From NCBI GenBank assembly GCA_046757165.1, contig JBHHXT010000120.1:1-13732 (forward strand): a stretch of 13,732 nucleotides of DNA, given 5' to 3'. The notes beneath the pieces were generated by a model. It was given only the letters and a program-made list of their open reading frames with translations. It was not told the DNA's origin and did no database searches. Positions 7,901-13,732 of the stretch are shown piece after piece. Within the stretch, counting starts at the first letter, position 1, and each line of letters begins with the position of its first letter. The translations under genes and the position numbers were made by a program. Source of the stretch: a bacterium. GTDB lineage: Bacteria > Zhuqueibacterota > Zhuqueibacteria > Oceanimicrobiales > Oceanimicrobiaceae.

Positions 7901-10900
7901 GCGGCACGAGCAGCGTGAATCATATTGCCAAATGGGACGGCAACGGTTGGTCGGCCCTCGCTAACGGCGTAAACGACCGGGTGCGCGACATCACGCCAAA
8001 CGGCAACGGCATCTTTGTCGCAGGGGATTTTAGCATCGCGGGACTGGCCAACGCCAGCCACGTTGGCCACTGGGACGGCACCACCTGGGCCGGATTGGCT
8101 GGCGGCGTCAACAACACCGTACGTTCAATCGCCAGCAGCGGCAGCGTCCTTTTCGCTGGCGGCGATTTCGACAAAGCCGATGGCAAGAACGCCTTTTTTG
8201 TCGCAAAATGGGATGGCAAGGACTGGACGCCCCTGGGAACAGGGTTGGATGGCAGTGGACGGGCTGTGCGCGCCGATGGCAACAAGGTTTTCTTCGGCGG
8301 CGGATTCAACGCGGCCGGCGGCCTGGAGGCAAACCACATTGCGCAGTGGACGGAAACCAACCAACCGCCTATCGCTGTCAACGACACCATGAACACAGAT
8401 ATCGATATGACGGTCGACGTGGATGTCCTGGCCAATGACATCGATCCAAACGGCAACATCGATCCGGCAAGCTTGAACATTGTCACTCAGCCCTTGAACG
8501 GCCAGATCAGCGTCAACAACGCAACAGCGGTCGTGACGTACACGCCTGGGGCAGGGTTCGCGGGCAAGGATGTGTTCGAATACACCATTCAGGACACCGA
8601 AGGAGAACTCTCCAACCGTGCCACAGCGGTCATTTTTATCAACCCGCCAAACGTTCCTCCAGTTGCGGTCAATGACGTGGTCAGCACCCCGCAGGATGCA
8701 GCAGTCGATCTCGATGTGACAGCAAACGACTCGGATAGCGACGGTACCATTGTGGTCGGCACCGTCACGATTGTCACGCAAACTTCACACGGCACGGTGT
8801 CGCTCAATCCGGCGACGGGCATCGTCACCTACACCCCGAGCGCCGGCTACATCGGCCTGGATACGTTTACCTACACCGTCGAAGATAACGAGGGCGCCGC
8901 GTCCAACATGGCCACGGCGACAATCGTCGTGACGAGATTGCAAGCCACGAGCCTCGACTTCCGCGCCATCGAAGACGGAGCGGTTAAGCACAACTCGACG
9001 CTGAAATTTGGCACCCGAACAACGGCCAAGCTCGCCAAAGACAAATTCAGCGTGTTCTTCAAATTCGACGTCAAAGACTTGACCGGGGAGATTAGCGGCG
9101 CAACCCTGAAGTTGACTGTTAGTGAAGCGCCAGAAGACGGAAGCGACGACGGCGGCACGCTCTTCCAGGCCGATAACAACTTCGACGGCACCGACACGCC
9201 GTGGAACGAGGAAGCGCTCACCGACCCGAACTCACCGCCCCGTATCAGCCTGCCCCTGGGCGACGCCGGCGAGGTGGTCGCCAACCAGGTCGTCGAGTTC
9301 GATGTTTCAGGAGTCGTGACGCAGGAGGGCGTCTACAGTTTTACGCTGATCAGCAATTCTGTGGACCAGGCGAAGTACTTCACCCACGAAAGCAATTCGC
9401 CGCCGGTTTTGACGGTCGAAACGCTCGTGGCCGTGGAAAACAAACCGCCGGTGGCTGTGGACGACGCAGCAAATGGGCGCCTGAATGAGTCTGTGACCAT
9501 TACCGTCACGGCAAACGACAGCGACCCGGAAGGCGCCTTGAACGAAAATTCCGTCGCCGTGGTGACGCAGCCGGCGCACGGCTCATTGCAGCAAGGCGGA
9601 ACGCCAGGCACGCTGATTTACACGCCGGATAATGGCTTTCTTGGCGATGACCAGTTTACCTACACGGTCGAGGACCAGGACGGCATCATCTCCAATCTCG
9701 CCACGGTCCGTATTACAGTCCACCCGGGAAACACACCGCCGGTGGCCGCGAACGACGGGGCAGCGACCGCCACGGGCTTTCCAGTAGCCATCGAAATTTT
9801 GGTCAACGATAGCGACAACGACGGTACGCTCAATCCAGCGACGGTCGTCATCGTCACGCCCCCGGGAAACGGCACGGCAACCGTGAACACGACGAATGGT
9901 GTCATCACTTATGTTTCCAATGCTGGTTTCCTGGGCACCGACACCTTCACCTACACGGTGAGTGACAACGACAACGCAGCATCCAACGTTGCCACCGTCA
10001 CCGTGGCGGTCACAGACCCACCGGAGGTCGTCACCCTCCGCTTCCAGCCGACGGACGACGCGCAGGTCAAAGTCGCCAATTCGCCACAAAACTTCGGCAA
10101 AAAGGCCACTGGCAAAGTTGAAAAAAACCGCTTTAGTGTCTACCTGAAATTCAATGTTGAACAACTCCCTGGCCAGATCAAAAGTGCGAAAGTGAAAATA
10201 AGAGTCGCTGACTTTGACGAGGACGGCAGCGACGACGGCGGCGCCATCTTCCCGGTGTCCAACCTGTTCAAAAACTCAGACGCGACCTGGGATGAAAATG
10301 GCATTGTTTTTCAAAACGCGCCTGAGGTCACCGGCGCCCCGCTTGCCGCTGCCGGCACAGTCAAAAAGAGACAAAATGTCTTTTTTGATGTCACAGAAGC
10401 TGTAACCGGCGAAGGCGTTTACAGTTTCGCCATCGTTAACAGCTCCAATGACCAGGCAAAGTACTGGATGAAAGAAGGCGACTTTCCGCCTGAACTTGTC
10501 GTTGAAACGTTTGATTTCGGCGCCAACACCGCGCCGGTCGCTGTCGACGACAACGCCGGCACCCGGCCGGGGCAACCGGTCACCCTCAACGTGGCAGACA
10601 ATGACATCGACCCCGACGGGTCGGTCGACAAGAGCAGCGTGGCCGTCACCAACCCGCCGGCAAACGGCAGCCTTCAGACCGGCACGACGCCGGGCGAGCT
10701 GACGTACACGCCGAACAACGGCTTTACCGGCACCGACACCTTTACTTACACGGTGCGAGACGACCAGGGGGCGCTCTCGAATGAAGCGACGGTCACCATC
10801 ACCGTCAGCGCGACTAACCTGGCGCCGGTGGCAGCAAATGACGCGGCAAATACCTCCGTTAGCACGCCCGTGGTCATCGGCGTGCTGGCCAACGACGCAG

Positions 10901-13551
10901 ACAGCGACGGCAGCCTGAATCCGGCCACGGTCTCAATCACCAGCCCGCCTGCCAATGGTTCGGCAGCGGTCAATACTGGAGCTGGCACGATCACCTACTC
11001 TCCCAACAGTGGCTTCACCGGCGTGGACACCTTCGAGTACACGGTTCAGGATAACGAAGGGGCCGTCTCGAACGCCGCCACGGTTTCGGTAAACGTGAGC
11101 AACTCAGCCGTCCGCACCCTCGAGTTCCAGCCCACAGACGACGGCCAGGTGAAACACAACTCACCCGGCCGCAACTACGGCCGCAAGAGCACGACCAAGA
11201 TCGAGGCAAACAAATTCACCACCTACTTCAAATTCAGTGTCACGGGCATCACGGGCGACTTTCGCGCCGCCAAAATCAGGCTGCAGGTGACGGATAATCC
11301 GCAAGATGCCAGCCGCTCCGGCGGCACCCTGTTCCCCGCCTCCAACACCTTTTCAGACATAAACTCACCCTGGAATGAAGGCAGCCTGACCTTTAGCAAT
11401 GCCCCGCAAACGACCGGGCCGGCGCTGAGCAGTGTTGGCAATGTCCAGACCAGCCAGATCGTGGAATTCGACGTGACTCCGGCCATTGCCGGCGACGGCG
11501 TCTACAGTTTTTGCCTGAACAGCGATTCTGGCGACCAAGCGAAATACTTCACCAAAGAAGGCCAGACCCCGCCGCGGCTGATCATCGAGACGCTGGACGC
11601 TGACGGCAATGTTCCCCCGGTGGCCGGCAACGACCAGGCTTCGACCGCCAAAGGAGCGAATGTTGTCATCGATATCCTGCAGAGTGACACCGATCCGGAC
11701 GGCAGCCTGGCCGTCTCGACCGTGACCATCATCACGCCGCCGGCAAATGGTACGGTAGCAGTCAACCCGAATTCAGGCGTGGCAACCTATACACCGGACA
11801 GCGACTTCACCGGCAGCGACGCGTTTACTTACACGGTCAAGGACAACGAAGGCGCGACCTCAAACGAAGCGACGGTACAAATCACCGTCACGGGCGGCGG
11901 CGGGTCCAGCACCTTGACCCTCAACCCGATCCACGATGCCCAGGTTAAACTCACTGCCCCGGGGAGCAACTATGGTGCGAAACCGACTGGCAAAGTCGAG
12001 CAAGATAAATTCAACACCTATCTCAAATTCAACGTCAGCGGTCTCACGGGCGAGGTCAGAAGTGCGAAGCTGGTGCTCACCGTCGGCCAGGACGAACGAG
12101 ACGGCAGCAGCCACGGCGGCTCAATCTTCTCCGTTTCCAACAATTTCAAGAATCTCAATTCACCGTGGACAGAAAGTCTGCTCAATGCAGGCAATGCCCC
12201 GGAAATCAGCGGTAGCGCATTCGCCACTGCCGGCCCGGTCGCGCCCTTGCAGAAGGTGGAGTTCGATGTCAAAGCCGCCGTCTCCGGCAACGGCATCTAC
12301 AGCTTTGCCCTGAGCAGCACCTCGAAGAACCGGGCGAAATACTACATGAAAGAAGGCACGTTCCCGCCCGAGCTGGTCCTTGTAACTGCCGGGTCAGGGG
12401 GCGGCAACACCCCGCCGGTTGCAGTCGACGATGGCTTCTCAACCCGAAAAGGGCTGTCGGTTGTCATGGACGTGCTGCAAAACGACAACGACCCGGGTGG
12501 CAGCATCGTGCGCACCAGCCTGGCCGTGCAGGCACAGCCCTCGAATGGCTCGGTGCGGGTCAACCCCAATTCCGGGGTCGTGACCTACACGCCGAACACC
12601 GGCTTTGTCGGTAGCGACACGTTTACTTACACTGTGGAAGACGACGAAGGCGCAACCTCGAATGCCGCCACTGTGACCATCACCGTCAATCCAGCCACGG
12701 AAGCGCAACGGTTGACCTTCAAGCCGGTCGCAGACGCATTTGTGAAAGCCGCCGCGCCGACCACAAACTTCGGCGCGGCGGACGAGCTGCGCGCGGGTTC
12801 CACTCAGTCACAGAACGGCCCGGCGGGCGCTGGCGTCGTAACCTATTTGAAATTCGAAATCATCGGGGTCGAAGGCGTTGTTCAAAATGCAACCCTGCGC
12901 CTCTTCTCTGACGGCCGCCAGGACGGAAGCGTACGCCTCACCCAAGTGTCCAACAACTTCAAAGACTCTGAGTCCGCGTGGGACGAAACGCTTTTGGTCT
13001 GGGACAACGCACCCGAGCTGGCAGAGAGTCCTCTGGCCCGCGCCACGACCGGAGCCGAAACCGCCTCCTTTGAAGTCGACCTCACCGGCGCGATCCTGAC
13101 CGACGGCGTCTACAGCTTCGCCATCCAGAGTGGTTCTGGCGACCAGCCAATATTTCATTCCAAAGAAGGCAGCAAGCCGCCGGAGCTGATCATCGAAACA
13201 GGCGTTGAGGCCGGGGAAGATACGCTCGAAGTGGCGACAGACACCGAGCTTGCCGCCCCCGAGGTCTTGCCGAAGGCGTTCTCTTTGAGTCCAAATTACC
13301 CAAACCCGTTCAACCCTGAGACGAACATTCGCTACGCGCTTCCGGAAGACGCACGGGTCAAGCTGCGCATCTACAACGTGCGCGGCCAGCTCGTCCGCAC
13401 CCTCGTGGATGAAAACCAGGAAGCGGGCTTCAAGACCGTGCGCTGGTTCGGCCAAAACGACCAGGGCCGTAACGTGGCGAGCGGTATTTACTTCATGCAG
13501 CTCGAGGTGAAGGAGCAGAAGTTTGTGCAGCGGATGTTGTTGCAGAAGTAG
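1885..13551 (+). CDS. Giant secreted modular surface protein / putative adhesin (~3888 aa): FG-GAP propeller, ASPIC/UnbV, 9 DNRLRE/CBM96-like, 15 Big_9 Ig-like, WDG propeller, FlgD-Ig/T9SS-A-like CTD
   Basis: Uninterrupted ORF 1801-13551. The start is placed at ATG 1885 on the basis of the SD-like motif and the signal peptide that follows directly. Domain motifs were read from the translation. Confidence 0.92.
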   Translation: MLNRSRLQKSSASLLCLFLLQGLTSPLSGQTPTLEKVTTGDIATNTGSSLSSNWGDYNSDGKLDLFIANTGFESNFLYTGTGDSVFNRVTAGDIVNDFNPAQSGTWGDFNNDGHLDIFVPFEIPNNRLYSNKGNGSFTPITTGALVNDGGRSLSAAWGDYDNDGFLDLFVANDQGENDFLYKNNGDGTFTRMTDGPPVNDGADGACAAWADYDNDGDLDLFVGNQNNQNNALFQNNGDGTFAAVTQGPVVNDGKSAQGASWGDYDNDGDLDLFVANGPFEQNSTDLATNALYQNNGDGTFTEITQGPVVTDLTDANGSAWGDTDNDGDLDLFVSTFSDAADNLFYINNGDGTFSKVTNAATSESGFSTGASWGDIDNDGDLDLSVAQHFQSNNLLFVNEGNSNNWISLTLTGILANKMAIGAKVKVYAQIGGEQVGQLQEISSQTGRNGQNSLNAEFGLGDAAVVDSIRIIWPSGVRQLLKNVAINQFLPIEEDVNLENLTFTPTEDSYIKIGEKDLNFGDKETAKIEQGKFVAYLKFQVDGVIDEVLNAKVQLQCADGSDDGGTIFEAENTFRGTNQAWQEETLTADNAPDLIGLPLSALAEVTFGETVEFNVTQAVSNNGLFSFAIRSNSADIVKYFMKEGQTPPKLILQVIANEVNTPPVAENDIASTPVDVPVDIAVTNNDSGIDDGLDLSTLTVVSGPTNGTVAVNNLTGVITYSPNAGYVGGDSFTYTVRDDAGAISNVATVTLTVRPPNVPPLAINDQVATTDETPVQIPVLVNDTDDGQLVPGSVTVVTPPARGTAIVNPISGSVTYTPDPGFLGTDTFTYTVEDNDGAVSNEATVSVSVTKGAELVTLTFQPTDDAQVRSLSPKKNFGTKTTLKVDAEEFSTYLKFNITGLIGNIQSIKLRLRVTDGKVNSSKNGGSVFRVSNDFIGSETPWTETEINFKNAPVTSRPPFASFGAVEQNTWAEADVRSIITGEGIYSFWIDSNSPDLAKYYSKEGPFSPEIVVTTLAIVGNTPPVANDDDIKIRINTAGTFSVLDNDSDPDGQLMPATLTLTSQPAHGAADINPLTGEITYTPNTDYLGADQFAYTVEDNEGAISNRATVSITVLPPNVAPTAVDDFATTVQDRPAQVDVAANDVDTDGHIDSSTVTIVVPPSRGTATVNTATGVITYFPPAGFVGRDSLTYRANDDDGAPSNEARVQITVSKAPEVRMASFRPTDDAQVKATEANTNFGDRPTSKIQQDRFSAYFKFNVNNLEGEVSSAKLRIQVTDFAGDGGPNGGSIYTVSNQFDATNIDWDESQLTFANAPEATGAPLSTLGAVEVNQVVEFDVTPAVSGDGIVSFAILGDSNDEVKYFLKESLFSPVLVVETFVILENQPPVALNDNVNARLNEAATIDVTANDSDPDGAIDPTSVTVVTQPASGIVSPGGAPNLLTYTPNTDFIGTDHFTYRVRDFEGAPSNTATVTITIHPPNLPPVANDDVAATLSVFPVDIDVLANDSDSDGTLITSTLTIVSAPTNGTATVSPATGVITYTPNENFVGLETFTYTVTDDDGATSNAATVTLTVSEAPEVVTLTFGADEDGYVKHNSAQRFGTRSTAKIEKSRYSCFFKFDISSASGQIKRAILRLTVTDGVDDGSNDGGTVFLVSNNFSDSTVPWNEDELSDVNSPPIAGAPVATIAEVSPNQVVEFDVSSVVRQPGIYSFAMTSSSSDQAKYFTHESIAPPQLVVEAFTEPDNTPPFAVDDDTTTGRGQAIRVKVLRNDRDLDGSINLNSIRIASQPAAGAAVAEPGGVIRYTPNAAFLGFDSFTYTVDDNESATSNAARVTVEIVDNSSWSVLDTGVDFSVTAIAAQNNEVYAAGTRATDGSHHLFVWDGASWSEQTSGLDGAINDIALHNGDVYVAGAFTTIGGVNAKRVAMWDGTQWSALGDGLNNTAHAIAIDGSDVYIGGDFTTAGGLSANRVAKWDGSGWSALADGFDNSVAALAVNGGDLFAGGAFQNSGTSSVNHIAKWDGNGWSALANGVNDRVRDITPNGNGIFVAGDFSIAGLANASHVGHWDGTTWAGLAGGVNNTVRSIASSGSVLFAGGDFDKADGKNAFFVAKWDGKDWTPLGTGLDGSGRAVRADGNKVFFGGGFNAAGGLEANHIAQWTETNQPPIAVNDTMNTDIDMTVDVDVLANDIDPNGNIDPASLNIVTQPLNGQISVNNATAVVTYTPGAGFAGKDVFEYTIQDTEGELSNRATAVIFINPPNVPPVAVNDVVSTPQDAAVDLDVTANDSDSDGTIVVGTVTIVTQTSHGTVSLNPATGIVTYTPSAGYIGLDTFTYTVEDNEGAASNMATATIVVTRLQATSLDFRAIEDGAVKHNSTLKFGTRTTAKLAKDKFSVFFKFDVKDLTGEISGATLKLTVSEAPEDGSDDGGTLFQADNNFDGTDTPWNEEALTDPNSPPRISLPLGDAGEVVANQVVEFDVSGVVTQEGVYSFTLISNSVDQAKYFTHESNSPPVLTVETLVAVENKPPVAVDDAANGRLNESVTITVTANDSDPEGALNENSVAVVTQPAHGSLQQGGTPGTLIYTPDNGFLGDDQFTYTVEDQDGIISNLATVRITVHPGNTPPVAANDGAATATGFPVAIEILVNDSDNDGTLNPATVVIVTPPGNGTATVNTTNGVITYVSNAGFLGTDTFTYTVSDNDNAASNVATVTVAVTDPPEVVTLRFQPTDDAQVKVANSPQNFGKKATGKVEKNRFSVYLKFNVEQLPGQIKSAKVKIRVADFDEDGSDDGGAIFPVSNLFKNSDATWDENGIVFQNAPEVTGAPLAAAGTVKKRQNVFFDVTEAVTGEGVYSFAIVNSSNDQAKYWMKEGDFPPELVVETFDFGANTAPVAVDDNAGTRPGQPVTLNVADNDIDPDGSVDKSSVAVTNPPANGSLQTGTTPGELTYTPNNGFTGTDTFTYTVRDDQGALSNEATVTITVSATNLAPVAANDAANTSVSTPVVIGVLANDADSDGSLNPATVSITSPPANGSAAVNTGAGTITYSPNSGFTGVDTFEYTVQDNEGAVSNAATVSVNVSNSAVRTLEFQPTDDGQVKHNSPGRNYGRKSTTKIEANKFTTYFKFSVTGITGDFRAAKIRLQVTDNPQDASRSGGTLFPASNTFSDINSPWNEGSLTFSNAPQTTGPALSSVGNVQTSQIVEFDVTPAIAGDGVYSFCLNSDSGDQAKYFTKEGQTPPRLIIETLDADGNVPPVAGNDQASTAKGANVVIDILQSDTDPDGSLAVSTVTIITPPANGTVAVNPNSGVATYTPDSDFTGSDAFTYTVKDNEGATSNEATVQITVTGGGGSSTLTLNPIHDAQVKLTAPGSNYGAKPTGKVEQDKFNTYLKFNVSGLTGEVRSAKLVLTVGQDERDGSSHGGSIFSVSNNFKNLNSPWTESLLNAGNAPEISGSAFATAGPVAPLQKVEFDVKAAVSGNGIYSFALSSTSKNRAKYYMKEGTFPPELVLVTAGSGGGNTPPVAVDDGFSTRKGLSVVMDVLQNDNDPGGSIVRTSLAVQAQPSNGSVRVNPNSGVVTYTPNTGFVGSDTFTYTVEDDEGATSNAATVTITVNPATEAQRLTFKPVADAFVKAAAPTTNFGAADELRAGSTQSQNGPAGAGVVTYLKFEIIGVEGVVQNATLRLFSDGRQDGSVRLTQVSNNFKDSESAWDETLLVWDNAPELAESPLARATTGAETASFEVDLTGAILTDGVYSFAIQSGSGDQPIFHSKEGSKPPELIIETGVEAGEDTLEVATDTELAAPEVLPKAFSLSPNYPNPFNPETNIRYALPEDARVKLRIYNVRGQLVRTLVDENQEAGFKTVRWFGQNDQGRNVASGIYFMQLEVKEQKFVQRMLLQK
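1972..3090 (+). other. Seven FG-GAP/VCBS repeats (CRTAC1/integrin-alpha-like Ca2+-binding beta-propeller)
   Basis: W(G/A)D(Y/F/T/I)(D/N)(N/S)DGxLD(L/I) motifs start at 2044, 2200, 2353, 2509, 2665, 2842 and 2998. Most are followed by LYxNNGDGTF-like motifs. Confidence 0.9.
3091..3363 (+). other. ASPIC/UnbV domain
   Basis: NNWISLTLTG...AIGAKVKV...Q..EI..QTG...QN....EFGLG...VDSIRIIWPSG..Q is the typical pattern that follows CRTAC1-type propellers. Confidence 0.88.
3859..12690 (+). repeat. Fifteen Big_9/tandem-95 (cadherin-like Ig) repeats
   Basis: NxPPVAxDD...V.aND.D.DG.......V...P.nG........G.itYtP...F.G.D.FtYtV.D.eGa.SN.AtV.itV. Starts at 3859, 4150, 4942, 5233, 6028, 6319, 7111, 8359, 8650, 9439, 9730, 10525, 10816, 11608 and 12406. 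Confidence 0.9.
7399..8358 (+). repeat. Seven-bladed beta-propeller of 46-aa GG.F...WDG..W repeats
   Basis: Trp codons at 7519, 7657, 7795, 7933, 8071, 8209 and 8347 give an exact 138-nt period. Each blade reads roughly G.n..V.ai......vy.gG.F...gg..a..vakWDG..W. Confidence 0.85.
13270..13548 (+). other. C-terminal FlgD-Ig / T9SS type-A-like sorting domain
   Basis: PKAFSLSPNYPNPFNPETNIRYALPE...VKLRIYNVRGQLVRTLV...AGFKTVRWFGQNDQGRNVASGIYFMQL......QRMLLQK-stop. Confidence 0.9.
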
Positions 13552-13581
13552 CGCCTGGCTTAGATCGGGCGTCCCGGCTCC

Positions 13582-13603
13582 GCCTGGCGATGAATCGCCA
13601 GGC
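13582..13603. repeat. REP-like GC-rich palindrome, possibly a 3'-stabilising hairpin or terminator
   Basis: GCCTGGCGAT-GA-ATCGCCAGGC has perfect 10-nt arms and lies 30 nt after the stop codon. There is no clean U-tract. Confidence 0.65.
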
Positions 13604-13614
13604 TCAGGTTTGAA

Positions 13615-13689
13615 AGGGGCTGTCGAAAAAGGTTCCTCGTGCCTGTCATTCGGTCGGAATGACATTTCTGGCCATTTGGGACAGCCCCT
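13615..13689. mobile_element. 75-bp MITE-like element with terminal inverted repeats and an internal hairpin
   Basis: AGGGGCTGTC (13615-13624) / GACAGCCCCT (13680-13689) are perfect, and 13/15 when extended inward. Internal TGTCATTC-ggtcg-GAATGACA at 13644-13664. No clear target duplication. Confidence 0.45.
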
Positions 13690-13732
13690 CGAGCGCGAGG
13701 CCGGCTGGCAATGACCTTGTTTCCCGGCGTCG

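Larger units (their letters stand above)
3382..13200 (+). repeat. Nine DNRLRE/CBM96-like beta-sandwich domains (~155-160 aa each)
   Basis: Consensus F.PTDDAQVK....NFG....K......YLKF.V......SAKL.L.V.....DG...GG..F.VSN.F.....W.E..L...NAP.......G.YSF...S.S.DQAKY..KEG..PP.L.VET. Anchor F/L codons are at 3388, 4459, 5545, 6631, 8959, 10042, 11125, 11920 and 12718. Confidence 0.75.

Noticed and set aside
3382..13200. DGR template/variable repeats or phase-variable tracts in the giant gene
   Set aside because: No near-identical DNA pair differing only at adenines, no reverse transcriptase and no long simple-sequence tract were seen.
208..13551. Functional link between serB and the giant protein
   Set aside because: Only adjacency supports it. 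The genes are divergent, serB has its own promoter, and the protein is not notably Ser-rich.
1939..13665. Many antisense and alternate-frame ORFs inside the giant gene (e.g. 4861-6312, 7030-8070, 2731-3732, 12808-13665)
   Set aside because: They are shadows of biased, repetitive codon usage and recur with the repeat period.

Overview
The window holds two divergently transcribed genes, probably from an FCB-superphylum bacterium outside the Bacteroidota (KSB1/Calditrichota-like; this is an inference). On the minus strand is an ACT-ACT-HAD phosphoserine phosphatase (serB, 208-1407) with a near-consensus sigma70 promoter. On the plus strand is one giant secreted modular protein with no recognisable catalytic domain (1885-13551, about 3888 aa). 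Its order is: signal peptide, 7 FG-GAP/VCBS repeats, ASPIC/UnbV, an array of 9 DNRLRE/CBM96-like domains interleaved with 15 Big_9/tandem-95 Ig-like repeats in a regular ~1083-nt C-Ig-Ig unit, and a C-terminal FlgD-Ig/T9SS-A-like domain. The array is interrupted once by a 1248-nt Ig + 7-bladed WDG propeller cassette. The intergenic region contains an unexplained ~190-nt rod-like fold-back (1596-1785). Both ends of the window carry clusters of small palindromic REP/MITE-like repeats. Family assignments come from motif recognition only; no searches were run.
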